DNA from: Lama guanicoe
Lineage: Eukaryota
NCBI GenBank assembly: GCA_013239625.1
Contig: MU053881.1
Span: forward strand, 9,199,957-9,263,956
Direction of reading: 5' to 3'
Length of the DNA stretch: 64,000 bases
This document shows, one piece after another, positions 35,841 through 50,285 of the stretch. Numbering within the stretch: position 1 is the stretch's first letter; every line of letters starts with the position of its first letter. A program made the position numbers and the translations under genes. A model generated the notes under the pieces. It had not been told where the DNA came from, made no database searches, and saw only the letters and a list, made by a program, of their open reading frames with translations.

Positions 35841-38800
35841 GCATCCCAGCCCTCTTTCATGACCTAACTCTTTCAAGTTCTGACTCTTTGCTTTTGATCA
35901 TTGAAATAAGGTTGACTGTGGGATCCATTTAGCTTAATAGAATGCCACTTTTGTTCAAAAGTAAGTGTAGACATGCCCTCAGTCTATAAAAGGGAATGCT
36001 TTAAGTCCATGTCCAAATGGGGACTTTTTCTAAGCAAGCTAATTTATCCAGAACATTTAAGCTACTTCATGTTTAACTGTAAAAAGGTCTTGTCATGATA
36101 TGAGCAGTATTTAATACACTAAAGAGTAGGGATATTAAAAGAAATTAGACAGGAACAACTCAACTGGTAACTGTCTAAAGGGAAGGGAGAAATGTAGAAT
36201 ACATCAATTCATTAGAAAGATTTGAAAGGTCTTAAGAAAACCTGAAACTATGATTGTGCTATAGAAATTGAGGGTTAACACAGAGAGTTCAGCTCTCAAA
36301 GGACACTATAAATTAATATTGTACACCAATGTTCTTTTGGATATAAGTAAAAAAAAAAAGAAAGTAGAACCTTTTAATTAAATTTTTTTCTAAAGGTAAT
36401 TTTTTTAGAGCAATCACAGTTGCCCCAGTAAGGCAAGAATTGACTGATACAGAGTTGCATTAGCTAACTTTTACATCTTTCTAAGCCTCAGGAGGCCAAG
36501 TCCACTTTTGGACTCTATTCTGCATAAATTTCACAGTCCAACACAATGGCAACACTTTCTTTAATGCTGATCCCAGAACTCCCTACAACACATGGAATTT
36601 GCATTGCTGAAGCTAATTCGTGAAATAATAAGGATTTCTGCAACCAGTCGGAAGGCATATTAAAATGCCACGTCCATATTTGACTGTGCCAAGAACCCAC
36701 CATACACAGTGATAAGCCTGACTCACTAATGCCCCATATAAACCACACATGATGAATGCTTCCGCAGAGTCTCCAGATAAATCCTGTGGCTCTCACCATG
36801 TCCAGTCTTAGCCATAACACTGCCTGTTTATTCAAAGTCAATGGATATTCAAAATTTGAGCTTCATTGCTCTAGCGCTCTTCCAGTAAGCAAAGGTGTTA
36901 GAAATGAAACCAGCTGACCTCTTCCCAAGGAAAAATTCACATATTTGAGCAGCGATATAACTCGCTTTTTATTGGCTCAAGTAGTGGATTTGGCTTCACC
37001 CACTTAATCTGAGACATTAAAAGTTATCTTTGACAACCTTTGTCTCTGGCTATGAAGAGCCTGGATGTCTTTTATTTCTGAGACCTGTCCGTCATGACAC
37101 AATTCCCTACATCACCCTCTGCAATAACAACCGTGACCGCAGCCCTTCCAGAATGCCCAGCTCCACCTGACCCTGTTGTTGGCCACTTGACCCTTCTATC
37201 ACTATGATCTCACCGAATCTTGGCTCATTAACCAGAGGTGAGCCCTGACTGATAGGCAGTTGTGATAAACAGGATCTGGCACCCAAAACCAACCAACAAA
37301 CAATTCAACCACGCCATCATTTAATGAATTTGGGTGAATAACCAAGAAAGAATTTAGTGTTTAAGAAGTGGAGCTGAAGGTGAGAACTGAATTTGGGAGC
37401 TAAGTCAGACAGGCCATAACAGGCCCCGTGGAGGTAGAGTTTCAGGAAAGCAGGACCAGTGAGCAAGCAATGCCGTGATGGAGAGAAAGGATTAGATCAC
37501 ACAAAGACTACAGAGAATAACACAGAGAGAAGTCAAGCCACAAGCAACATGGACACAGCACTGAAATGATGGAGCATGGACTCTAGTCTGCAGAGGTCCT
37601 TGGGACCTTTTGCATCTAGAATAATCACGCCAGAATAGTCTACCTATGTCCAGAACAACTCTCATTCTTCATCTTCCATAGACATAATGGGCCAACTTTC
37701 CATATTATTAACCTCATGCAAAAATCCCACCTTCCCACTTCTTCCTGGAGGAACATGAATGTGCCTGTTTCTGGCAAGCAGGAGAGAGATGAACTAAAAA
37801 CATTATATAGACCTAACCATTCATCTGATGATGTTACACCATTTTCCAGGTTTGATTACGTACTATTTGAGATATCTCTTTGCTTCCTGTGGAGATCCTG
37901 CTGTTTCATAACCACTTTGTTTGATGTTATACGGGCATCTCGAGTGATGGCATCTTGATATGCACTGCACAATAAGACCTAATCTAACACAGACGCAGCC
38001 TGGCTACAGAGAATACCAAAATACTTTAAAGCTCAGATGTGCACTTCCCCAACTGCTCGTTGCTGGGTATTTTAAGGCATCAGTTGATTAAATATCTGGT
38101 ATCATTAACTCGAATTTTAACTTCAATTAAATGTCTAGGCTCCATTTAGTCTATGCTCACAAATGGTGAATCAAGTTTCTAATTTTCAACACTTTGTAAC
38201 TTAAGTCTTCCATTTTAGAATGTTTTCTGTGTTCTTTTAGGTGTCTTCAAGTACTCACTTACCACATTTTTAATGGTCCATCTTGCAAATGTCATATTAA
38301 AGTTAAAACTAACATTAACTTAATATTAATTTGACATGTTTCCTGGAGTGCCTAGATCCAAACTACTTATGTGTGTGTAGGTGTGTATATGTGTGTGTGT
38401 GTTTTAAAAGACAATCACCTTTTGATTATGAATTGTAAGTCAAAACCCACTTCTAAGAAATAATAAATTCAAACAATTTTGATATCTAAAGGAATTGGTT
38501 ACATTTTTCGACTCTTCATGGTCTTCTCTAAGTAAAATATAATTTCATGTTTACTTAGAGGTAGTGATCTTTGGACACCTTGAGTTTTTCCCCCTTCTTT
38601 TGAAAGTTATATAACCGTTTTAGCTGTTGAGCCATTAGCTCCAACGTAATAAATGTGTATTACACACCTAGAATCCTTATTCAAGAAAATGTATTGTTTT
38701 GGCACAGACTGTGGTGTTCCTGGTTGAATGATTCAATGCCTTAGAAAGAACTTCCAATGTTAATGTTCAGCGGCCCTGTATTCCTGTTCTATAATGGCTT

Positions 38801-41800
38801 GGAAGACCATGAAGAGACACGGATTTGAGAAGTCAACCAGTCCCAAGGCTTGGACCGGGTCACCCAGCCCAGTGGGGAAGAGCCACCCCTGAACAACCCT
38901 GGCTTCCCCTTCAGCAGCTTCGAGAACTCAAATGCCCACTAGCACCGCTGTGATGAGCAGCTGAACCTGTGCTGGGAGTGGCAGAGTCCTGGCAAGACAA
39001 GAATAAAAGTGTCCTGCAGAACAGATACATCCTGTGTTCTGCTGGAGCTGAGGTTCTGCATCTCTGGAGGGTCCTCTGTCACCACTTGATGCTAAATTTC
39101 CAGCAGGTGCAGCTCCTTTTTGACAATGACGTTCTCCCTGATCATATGACCATGAAGCCGCTCTGGCTCTCCCGCTGGTCCGGCAAGCCCTCCCCTTTGG
39201 TTTTACGATAATACAGTGTGAAAGAGAAGAGGACGTAAGGATCAAGCCCACCACTCCCACCCCTGCCCCTTCCCTCCCCAGATATTTGTGTGAAATTAAC
39301 CTTGGCTTTGTTTTTTGAAATAACTTTTTAAAAAGCTTTAAAAAAGGGACCAGTGGTAGATCTGAGAGTGAAACTTTGAATCAAGGATCTTCACTGATCA
39401 ACCAGTCAGCATGTATTTGGTGACCTGTTATATGTCTAGTATTGGAACAAACCTTGTAGGAAGTATAAAATAAAGATAAGACAGTGTTACTGTCTTGGAA
39501 GAGGTTCTTGCCTGGATAAGAAGATATTATGAAAGCATAGAAGCCATGAAAGAACCACACAGGACAAAATTTAACTAAATGCATGGTTGTTCCCTGTCAG
39601 AGCAAGGAAACAAGAGTGGCCTCCAGTGGACGGGAAAGCATTATGGATTTAAACCCTGTACTGCAAGAGGAAAGGGTGTGGACTGAGTAGAGCTTTGTTC
39701 TTTCCACATTCTCAACAGAAACACTGCTGGATAAACCTACAAGAAATAAGCCACCATAGTGGGTCATATGACTTCTCTCCCCCAAAGCTACATCTGAACA
39801 CAGCCTGGGCCCTGCCTATGTGGCTGATTCTCCAGGCCCCAAGAGTCCTCTCTTTCCCCTTCTTCCCAGTGATTTCCACCACTGGTTGCACCTGAATCAG
39901 ACTTAACATTCTATCATTTGGACTCTTTGGAGACAATATAAAATGAACATGGGCTTTAAGGTCATAAAAATCTTAGTTTAGTTCTGATCTGATCCTTCTG
40001 CTCTCACCGTGTGACCCTGGGTTGATCATTCGGTCTTAATTTTCATGTTGGATTATTAGAGGATTAAATGGTAGAATATATGACAGGTGTCTGAAACATA
40101 TACCTAGTCTTGTGGAGAATATATAAACACTCACATGATCAGCCAATGGTCTTTACCTCTGTCCTTCTCACTAAAACCCCAGTTAACCTATACACATTAT
40201 CTAGAAATTTCAAATTGAGCTGGAGAAAATGACCAACACTCAACTATTTGGTCCTACAAAAATGACAGCTTCACATGATACAACCTAATATAAATACATG
40301 CACCTTTTTTAGAGTTTTCTCCACTCTTATTGAATTGAATACTTTCGCGGTCTCTTGAGATCCTGAGGGAGGTGCGTAAAAGGCAAGTTTTGATTTTGGT
40401 CAAGGAAGAGGAAAATCCAATTTTGGAGGCTGGCTTTATTGGCGTCTATAGTAGGGTCATTGGACAGAAAGTGAATGTCATTGCTGAGTGTCTAGATCTG
40501 AACCAACGGATAAAGAGAAAGGAGAAGTGAACTGAGACCACCAAATATTTGGTCATAGGGTGGGCCCAGTTCTCTCCCACTCGAACCCCCCTCCCCTCCA
40601 CAACCCCCTTGCACAAAACACTCACTCTGGGAGACACAACAGGAATTAGCTGACCTGCTATGCTACGTGGAATGGCATCAGCCTTCCTGAAATAGCATGA
40701 ATCCAGGAAAGAACTCAAGCTAGGCAAGAAACTATAGGTTTGTTTACTGTATATGCTTTTAAATGTTCCCAGATAAAACCTCCATTTGTCAATGACCCAG
40801 TAGGGAGTAAATGAAAACGCTTATTCAGACCCCTCAGCAGAGAGAGCTCCCTTAATCCGCTCACTGATGAGATAACGCTGTAGGATTACAATAATCAACT
40901 TGCAGTATGTCCTCTATTAGTGCTTAAAACTAGAGCAGTTTACAAGCACGAGCAGACGTTTCTTCATTTACATAATATAGTGACAGACTTTCACCCTTCT
41001 GAGACCATCCATTATCTCCGTACCCCTCCCTTGAAGTATTTCAAATAGGTACAATTATATTGAGGACCATTTTAAAATCACATTCTAAATGTCTGGACTT
41101 AAAAGAATATACATATTCTTTTATGTATTTTAAAATTTTGTGTATACATATATATATGTATGTATACATACACGTAAGTTTGTGTATGTCCCATCACTTA
41201 TTTAAGTCACTAAATTATAAACATATCTAGATATTAACAGTGACATTAAACTTCTCAGCTTCCTCGCAGAGTGAGAATTACAATGAAGTGTCTGTGAGAC
41301 GGGTATGTAAACAGGGAAAGTAATCATCACAGACTCTTCTTAAAATACTTTCTATATCACTATTAGTTTATGCAGTGACATTTTAAAGTTATTTCCCTCT
41401 TCGTCCTTTCCTAGTTAGCCAATGTAACGCCTGCTGACAAAGAAGGCGCGTCCCGATACATATATTTTTTAAAGTTGGTTAAAATTCACATTATGAAATT
41501 GCAAAAGTTTAGATAATTCATTCACACTTGGCTTTTTTCCACCCACTTTTCTAAAGGAAATTTAAAGTGTCAAAAATACATATCTTGTGCTCATTATTAA
41601 ATGCTAAATACCACAGTGTTTTGAGCTGCCTCGTGGCCATTGTAAAGAAAACAGGTGTTCTGATAGATTATAAAGTGTGAGTCAGATGATGTGTAGGACA
41701 GAATTTTAATGAAGCTGCAAGCACAGAACTCTGACTGGCCTCTTGAATATGATGCTAAAACCCTGAAAGTAGTTTTAAAGACAAAATAGCAAGAACACAA

Positions 41801-43436
41801 CTCAGGAAGCCTGCATTAATAATCAACAAATAAATGGGGATGTGGAAAATCATTATAGTGAGGGACCTTAGCATTTCATTGCAATTTAATATAGCATTCA
41901 CCTAAGAAGAAGGTAGGTGTAATTTGAAAGGACATGTATGTCTTTGTATATATGCAAATATACAAGGAAAGTCTCTGAATCAACACATTAAGTTACCAGT
42001 CAAGATCATAAGCAGAAGCCACGATTCTTCAAGATGCAGAGGTGCCCCTGGAGATGGGGAAAGGGTCATGATTATCAAATCAAAGGATAATTAGCAATTT
42101 CTTTAATTGGGTTTCTATTTAGAGATCTTTTGTGAAATCGAACTTTTCTCCTTTTTGCTTTTTGTTGAAATGTCTGGGGAAAATATGTAAATGAAGCTAT
42201 GCTTGGATTTTTAGGTGTTCAATGAAATTTCAAAAGAAAGACTTAGGCTTCATATCTTCAAACTTTTAAAACGTTGTGAAATAAACACTATATATTAAGT
42301 TAGAGGATATCTTTCATTAACAATAATGAATTTTTATCTGGTTTCTTTTACAGAATCCTAGATCTTACCTGGTTTTCCTAGATTTTCCCCCTACACTTCC
42401 CCCACTTTTAAATATGGTTATGTATAATCCATATCAATACTTTAAATACAAATATTAGCATTTTGATATGTCTTCTGGCACTTGTATACAATTACTGTCA
42501 ATAGAAATCTCTAGAAAATTGTGTCCCCTCTGCTCATATTCTAGTTATTTCAGAACAAAGCTTACTAGAGAGCTTATCAAAAGGACAGAACTTGCACACA
42601 CATGAAGTTTCCTTTGGTCAAATAAACAAAATTAACAAGAAAACTGGAAATTAACTTGGCCCACATATTTACAGAGTAAACTAAAAATTGTCCTATGTTT
42701 TGCCTCTCAATCTTCTTCAACTGACTTCAGGCTCTTTGAAGGCAAGGCTCTGCAGACTTCTCCCTTGGCACCCCCAGCACTTAGCATGGTGGCTGGTTCT
42801 ACGGCCACTGGGAATATTTCATCAAGATTTGTTTGCATGAACAAGAGGTCTAAATGTCTATGCATGATACAGAGTTCTGAGAAAAATATCAAGACTACGT
42901 GAAAAGGCAGCCCACAAAGTAGACTCTAAATTACATGTCTTGATTTACAAATCATCTAAAATCTATGAATAACACAATCCTGTATTGAATCCATACGATG
43001 ACTGTGATATGAACAATGCTGCTTCCCTATTATTTGTGTTATGGAGACACACGCATGTATTTACTCATGGTCTACATCCTGTAGGCAGTAGAAAAATCAT
43101 GACTTCGCCAACTCTGTTCATGTGCATGCAGTATGAAGAGAGCAGGACTGTTGAAGTTTTATGCTTTAAATGCACTTTGCCAACGACCTACTATCCCTCA
43201 GATTAAAACGAAACTATGTGCCCTGTGGACAAGAGCCAAAATATGTTTACAACTCTCACTTCCAGTGTTTACCTTTGAGAACTCACTGATCATGATCAGA
43301 GAGTTTACTTTACCATCTCATGTGAGTTGTTTCCATTTCTAACTCTGCACCTACAGTCCTTTTTGTCGGAAATGACCTCTCCTGGCTTCTTACCTATAGA
43401 AGATCTACCTGTCAGTCATCAGGCCCTGCCCCTCCT

Positions 43437-43568
43437 NNNNNNNNNNNNNNNNNNNNNNNNNNNNNNNNNNNNNNNNNNNNNNNNNNNNNNNNNNNNNNNN
43501 NNNNNNNNNNNNNNNNNNNNNNNNNNNNNNNNNNNNNNNNNNNNNNNNNNNNNNNNNNNNNNNNNNNN
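43437..43568. other. Assembly gap (132 N)
   Basis: Direct reading. Confidence 1.
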
Positions 43569-43705
43569 TGTAATGGTCAATGAAAAAGAGTATGAAAAGG
43601 AGTACACACACACACATATATACATATATATAAATGAATCACTATGCTGGACACCAGAAATTAACACAACATTGTAAACTGACTATACTTCAATTAAAAA
43701 ACAAA
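43569..43705 (+). mobile_element. L1 3' end abutting the gap
   Basis: 'gaatcactatgctggacaccagaaattaacacaacattgtaaactgactatacttcaattaaaaaa'. Confidence 0.85.
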
Positions 43706-46399
43706 GAAATGGTTAAGAGAATATTTGGTGAAAGAACACACAATACTTAGATGCCTTATCATTCTTCCTTCCCAGAGAACTAAGGCACTGATTTGACCAT
43801 GGTGAGACAGAGGAGAACAGAGTCCTAGTCAGCAAGATGATGACTGTCGGTCAACTCAATAGCCAAGCTAACAATAGGATGGCAGAGAAGGCTAAACTGC
43901 TTTTCATCTCATAGGAGTGGCTCCTGAATGTCTAGGATGAGATATTTTGAGATACAGGAAAGCTCCTGCTGAATGGATCTGGAGGAATCACAGAACATGA
44001 CTGACTACTCCCAGCTAAGAATAAGTGCACTTCATTACAGCAGATGGAATGTGTTCAGCGTATCCAGTCAAATGCACCTGCTCTAAAGTGGCCATGCCGG
44101 GGGATTTTTGAGAATGACATGATACCAAAGGTAGGGCACAACTTGCCAAAACAAACATTTAGCTGCAGAAGTATAATGAGGTTTCACAGAATCTACATAG
44201 TTACCAGTGTTTCCTACCAAACAGGCTCGTGAGGCATGTAAATATCTACTCTAAATCCGAGCATTTTCACTTCCGGGGGAAGGAGACTTCTCTCATCACC
44301 CCGGTTTTTCAGCCTGTGTTTGCTGTTTACTTTCTTTCACTGAGTTTTGCTCTGTTATTAAAATGATATTCTGTATTTTCTTGCCCCTGAACATCTCCAA
44401 GTAAAACATATTTTAGTGCCCAAAGAAGTACAGGCATACTTTAAAGAGGTCTTTTGAAAACCCTCACAGCGTCCCTGGGTCATGTAAGTGACATGTTACT
44501 AAGGAAGATAAAAGAGAGCTCAAAGTAAACCATTATTCCTTGCTTTCTCTCCAATTAAATTAAAGCCAACAAATGGCTTAAACCCTGGTGGAATGAGAGT
44601 TACAGATTTTATCTCACGTCTATGAAAAATGAGACTTTGGGGAAACCTTTGTGTTTCAACTCTTCCACAATAAAATCAGATCTTCAAACTAGTTACACCT
44701 AGTCCCACTTTCTTTCAAAATCCAATCCCCCATCACTCCTTGATTCGTGGACTAATCAATTATAATTTAAGGGCACTGACAACTAGCCGCGCTCTGCGAT
44801 GGCTCTTATCCTCACTTCAACGTAAGATACGATGCCACAACTTCTCCATTTAAAATCATAAAAGGGAGGGGGAAAAAAAAACACCAGAAAACTACTTCAT
44901 AAAAACAGACACCACCATGGCTCAGGCACAGGAAGGATTAAATTGCTTCTCCTGGACTTTCATAGGTAATTCTGACATTTGTGTCACTGGAGGGCAACGG
45001 ATAAACTATACTTTAAACATAATTTTGTAATAACTCTCAGCCCTCTTCTAAACCTAAGAAGTGTAGTTAGGAGGCTAAATAGACTGTCAAAGAAACACCA
45101 GGAGAAGGAAAACAAACATTCAAAGGACGCTATTCCTTCCTGCTTTTTTAGAGGCACTGACAGTGCTCTTTCTATCAATCCCTTACCGCCAATGATTCAG
45201 ATGGGCCCCTGGAAGTGTAGGGATTGTAATCCGTGTAACATAAAATAAAGATTATGCTTATTAACCACCATCATGTGCCTCGGCATCCAGTGTGAGGGTA
45301 TTCATTTTAAAGGAACTATTTTGAAACCATGTTGATGAAACTCAGAATTTAAACAAGTGGAGTTTACAGTTGCCAGAAGAGCTGAGTGGGCCATGCCAAG
45401 TTATTTTAGCAACTAACAAATATATCTCAGTTTATATATCAGAGGTCTCCTCCTGCAAACATCCACCCATCTAAGCACACCGTTCTGTGCCTTCTCAAAT
45501 GCTTTCTGTGATTCTTTGTGTCTCCTTCCTTGCATTACTTAAATAATCCAGTCACCAAGACATCTTTTGATACCTTCAAGATATCTTTTAAGTTCATTCA
45601 TAAACAAGTCCAACTAACAGTCAATTACGTTCAAATCTAGAGCTTTCTAGCCCACTTCCCAGGCAATCCTGAGGTTGCCTGTCTGCTTCAGCTCTCTCTA
45701 AAATAGAAAATTGCACAACTCAAATGCTCAGGATTTCAGCTTTGCTTTAAAATCCAGATGTGTTGCTTATAAAGGCTGATCATGAGCTTCTAAGAGCACC
45801 TCTACAACTTGAGAACTTCTACCTCAAATCCCACTCTTCCTGGAGAAAGTCAGAAATAAAAGCATTCTGTAGTATTTAGGAACCCCAAATTGTCGAATGT
45901 CTCCTTGGTTGAGCCAATTAAATGTGTGGTTGGACATATGTGGCAAATGTAACACATTCTTTCATTCTATGCCAATGGCAGACATAACTAATGGATCACC
46001 AAATTCTTTCTGCTTTGTTCAGGCTTGGCCTGCTAGTGCTTACAACACAGCCTACCAGGCATGCCAGGCAGTCACAACCAATGGATTGGAGCTGGTACTT
46101 GCAACCTTAGTTCTAGTTCATTTCTCTTATTCATGGAGGAAGTTACTGAGGTTCAACAAAGAGAAGTAAATTCCTTTCTACCTCAAAGGAAGTTAATGGC
46201 AGAGTCCTTAAGATTGCCTCTATGGCAAGTCCTTTTACAACAAAGGTGTGCAAACTCTGTATCTACTGTAGGAATTGCTAGCAAAGAAGCATTCAGGTTG
46301 AACAGTGCCTGACAGTGGTTAGAAGGAGGCTGTTTTTATTCTAGGGTGGGAGAAGGAGGAGGGAACCAGTGTGCAGCGCTTCCTGGCCTCTCCATCTGA

Positions 46400-46712
46400 C
46401 TGTCCACAGTAGCTGAAGCCTATTCTTTCCTCAAGGCCAACTCACATTTTACTTTCTCACTGAAATTTTTTCTTACCCTCCTGGCCTGTCCAAAACCAAA
46501 GACAATCTCTTTCGTTTTGAACGCCCACAATCTTTTATCTCACCAACTTGGAGAACAGTCAGCATTGTCTTCTGGTCTGTTTTATCTCTTCTCCACTAGA
46601 TTATAGATTAGTTTAGGATATGGGGCCATTCTTACTTACCTTGGAATTTATGCTCATCTTTTATCACAGTGCTACATCCATAGAAGATATTTAATAAATA
46701 TTTGTGGAATGC
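46400..46712 (+). mobile_element. L2 LINE 3' fragment
   Basis: 'tctcttctccactagattatag...ggggccatt...tttaataaatatttgtggaatg'. Confidence 0.65.
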
Positions 46713-47681
46713 ATGGCAGAGAACAAAATGCCCCCCAAAACAGGGATGGCAGCATGGACAAGGTGAATGCCATGCTCAAACATGACCTCACCTACTTCCC
46801 CAACTCCATTTCTCTTTCTCTCTCACTCACTTTTAAATTCTGTCCCACAGAGCACTTCACTCGGAATCCATCTCATCTTAAAATGAGAGATGAAGAGAGG
46901 CAATGATTTACATTTGTATTTGGAAACATAGCGAGACTGGGGATTATTTATGTACGTGACAATACATTGAAAGAATTGCAATTACAATTCAAGGGATGTA
47001 GATATAATCACAGGTGGAGCTCTCCAGCCCAGAAGCCAAACAACAATGACAATAAAACCAAACTGTATTAAATTGTCAACATTTTTTCTTTTCTCTTTTT
47101 TTTTCTTTTCATTTCTTTTCTTTGAATAGGCATTGACTTTTTTCTATAACCACAGTTTGGAAAAATAACAATTGAGACATATTTATAATGTGAAACATAA
47201 AATGCTGACCCTCTGTCTTTGTTTCCCTCTTCATACCAAGGGTCCTTCTAATAGCAATAGCATTTGCAAAGGGAATAAGGTGAGCTCTACAAATTAGTGA
47301 TAGCTTGCTTTGATATAACATAGAAATTCACTAGCTGCATCACAAGGTGCCACTGGCCATGTCATGGACACTATTTTATAGAAATCCATATTAGTGGGCA
47401 CATGTAAATTGCTCTAGAGAAGAAGTTAGCAAGCATACTACTGCATTTAGAAGACACAAGGGAAAGAAAGTCACTCAACTTGAAAACTTTAGAGGTTAAG
47501 TTATTCATGCATTAATAGGAGCTACGTTCTGAACTGAGCAAATGCATTTCATATTTTAGTATATTAAAAAAATAAACATCAATTAAATTAAATTGAACAA
47601 ATATTTATGGAGAGCCTATTTGTGCTGAATGCTGTGCTAGGCTCTGGATGCAAGTTGAGATGACATACTGGACCTTCTTTC

Positions 47682-48237
47682 AAATGGATAAAGATGGGGT
47701 GTATGTATATACGCACAATGGAATATTATTCACCCATGAGAAAGGACATCAGGCCATTTGTGACAACATGGGTGGACCTTAAGGGTATTATGTTAAGCAA
47801 AGTAAGCCAGTCTGAGAAAGACAAACACTATTATGATATCACTTATCCATGGAATCTAAAGAAGCAGAACTCATCAAAACAGAGTAGAATGGCAGTTACC
47901 ACGGACTAGGAGGTGGGGGAAACAGGAAGGTATTGGCCAAAGAGTACAGATTTCCAGTGATAAGATGAATACTTATTCTAAAGATCTAATGTACAGCATG
48001 GTATTATAGCTAACATTACTGTATTATACACTTGAAAGCTTCTAAGAGAGTAAATATTAAACATTCTCATCACAAGAAAGGACTAGTAATTAGGTAATGT
48101 GCTGCTGGTGTTAGCTAATACTATGGTGGTGATCATTTTCCAATATAAATGTGTATTAAATCAAGATGTTGTACACTTTAAACTTCTACAATGTTGTATG
48201 TGTCAATTAGATTTCAGTAAAGCTGCGGGAAAAAAAC
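47682..48237 (+). mobile_element. L1M (MA/MB-like) ORF2 end and 3' UTR
   Basis: 'atggataaag...acaatggaatattattca...ccatttgtgacaacatgggtggacctt' encodes an L1 ORF2 C-terminus-like 'TMEYYS...FVTTWVDLKGIMLSKVSQSEKDK'; A tail at the end. Confidence 0.9.
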
Positions 48238-48379
48238 ACCTTAAATAATTCAGTAAAAGATATGCTGATAGTGGAAAGGCAGCCAGATGTGAGAGTTAAA
48301 TACCATTCTTTATTTACCTTCATTTTTATTTTAGGTCTAACTGCGATATATCGCTCTACCATTCAATTTACTCCCACCA

Positions 48380-48605
48380 GATGGGCTTGGGAGTCAAGTA
48401 GAGTGGCTCTGACATTTAATAGCTTTTAAAGTGCATTGGGTTACTCAGCCTCCCTACGCTTAGAATGGGCTAAGAAATAATGAGAATATCTTCATTTAAC
48501 AGCATTATTGTTAAAAGTATGTGAAGCGATGCTTGTGACATACTTTTGTGGTTCCTGGCACGTGCTAAGCGCTCAATACAACTTTCACTCTTATTACTAT
48601 TATCA
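48380..48605 (+). mobile_element. MIR SINE
   Basis: 'cagcattattgttaaaagt...cctggcacgtgctaagcgctcaata...attactattat'. Confidence 0.55.
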
Positions 48606-50113
48606 CCAATAGTTATGACCTCTGCTAGAAAAATCAAACAGCCTTAATTACCCATTAAATTCCAAATTATCTGATTCTAGAGTGTGTAATTGTTACACAT
48701 CAAAATACCACGATTGGGATAAGAAATATAATTCCAGGAAATAATCAACTGAAATTAAACATGTTAATTAAGTGTCAATTAAAGGCATCTACCTTAAAAT
48801 TTGTTCTTGAAATAAATCTGCAGAGAAAGTACAACTTTTCAAGTTAATCCAATAACTTTGGCATTCTGAATGTGCTCAATTATTTTAAGTGAAGTAAAAC
48901 TATCTCTAAATAAATCTCCCACGTGAGGAAACTGATTCAACAATGACTCAAGGGGAAATACAGCATCGCTTCTCACCACAATTAGAAATTTTAATATATT
49001 TAATTTAAGGACAATTAGTCTACACTCAACAAAGTTTACACCATCTGACAGTTACAGATAACACCCTAAGGTAGAAAAACATAGACAGGAAGAATGACCT
49101 TTATTTGTCACAGTGAGAAACAGGACACCCTAAAATATGAAACGATGTGTCAGACATCAGAGGAAAAACTGAGCTTGTGATTCTAACATGTACGTAATTT
49201 TGAGAGAGGGTTATGAGACCGCCCTGTGTTCAGCAAAACTGATCAAAGTGAAAGAAAGCATCTACTGTAACTTCATTTTTAAACGTGAACAGCTTCTAAC
49301 ACTGGCCTGTTTCTATTGGACAGGACTAGCTTTAAGAAAAAGGAAGGGTTCCCCGAGTGGGTGTCTCCTCCTGGTATGTTCGGTGTGATGATGTATAAAA
49401 GACAGCTGAAGTACTCTTTTGTCCTGGCTGTATTTTTTTTTTTTCTTTTCCTTCAAATTCTGTGACTATGTGGAGCCAGCAGGATCTGGTTTATAATTTA
49501 ATTGAGCTGAGGTTTACACTCATAACTAAACAATAAAGTTAAAGTAATGAGTTTCAATCACAGGACTGTAGCACCTAGTTTAATTTACATAGATAATTAA
49601 AATCACCACCCCTACTGTCCTTTCTTTGTACTTGGAGCTGTCCTAGCAAGACAGCTGGGTATTACCAGTATCCCTTTCCATTCACGGGGGAGGGAGGGGA
49701 GAAAAGGGGGGCGTGGAGGGCCGTTTAATATAACTCACCTTTCAAAACTGAAAATGCCCAAAGCGAATGAAATAGGTTGGGGCCAACTGGCTTTCAGTTC
49801 CAAGGGAAAATGATTCTGACAGTTAAGGTAAGTTTAACAAACAGTCACTAAGTGTTTCAACAGGAAACATGCCCCCCGACTTTACTCTCCTGCGTGTTCA
49901 GTGGGGTTTCCTTGGTAAACTTAACTGTGGCTCTTCATCTGCTGAGTCATGGAACTATTTCTATGGGCAGTGATTTCTCCTTCTACTAATCACCTGCAAA
50001 CTATTATTTAACTGTCAGATCCCCATAGTGAAGTGACAACTTCCAATTTTACAGTAGGAAGAAAAAGAAAATCCACAGAGAAAGAACCTTTATGGATTTC
50101 ATTTAAAAAAAAA

Positions 50114-50190
50114 TTCATACTCCGTACTCACTCTTCTGGTAATTCATTTATTTCATACTCCGTACTCACTCTTCTGGTAATTATTTATTT
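50114..50190. repeat. Two-copy tandem duplication, period 38 bp
   Basis: ttcatactccgtactcactcttctggtaatt is perfect at 50114 and 50152. Confidence 0.95.
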
Positions 50191-50235
50191 CTTGGCGAAT
50201 CACTTTACTAACCCACCCACAGCAACTTGGTACTT

Positions 50236-50285
50236 GTTTTAGTTTAGTTTATTTTAGCTTAGTTTAGTTTAGTTGTTTTAGTTTT
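50236..50285. repeat. (GTTTA)n-like simple repeat
   Basis: Direct reading. Confidence 0.8.

Noticed and set aside
43327..43677. ORFs spanning X runs
   Set aside because: Artefacts of the N gap.
47694..47909. 71-aa ORF with real protein similarity
   Set aside because: It is the decayed L1 ORF2 C-terminus, not a host gene.
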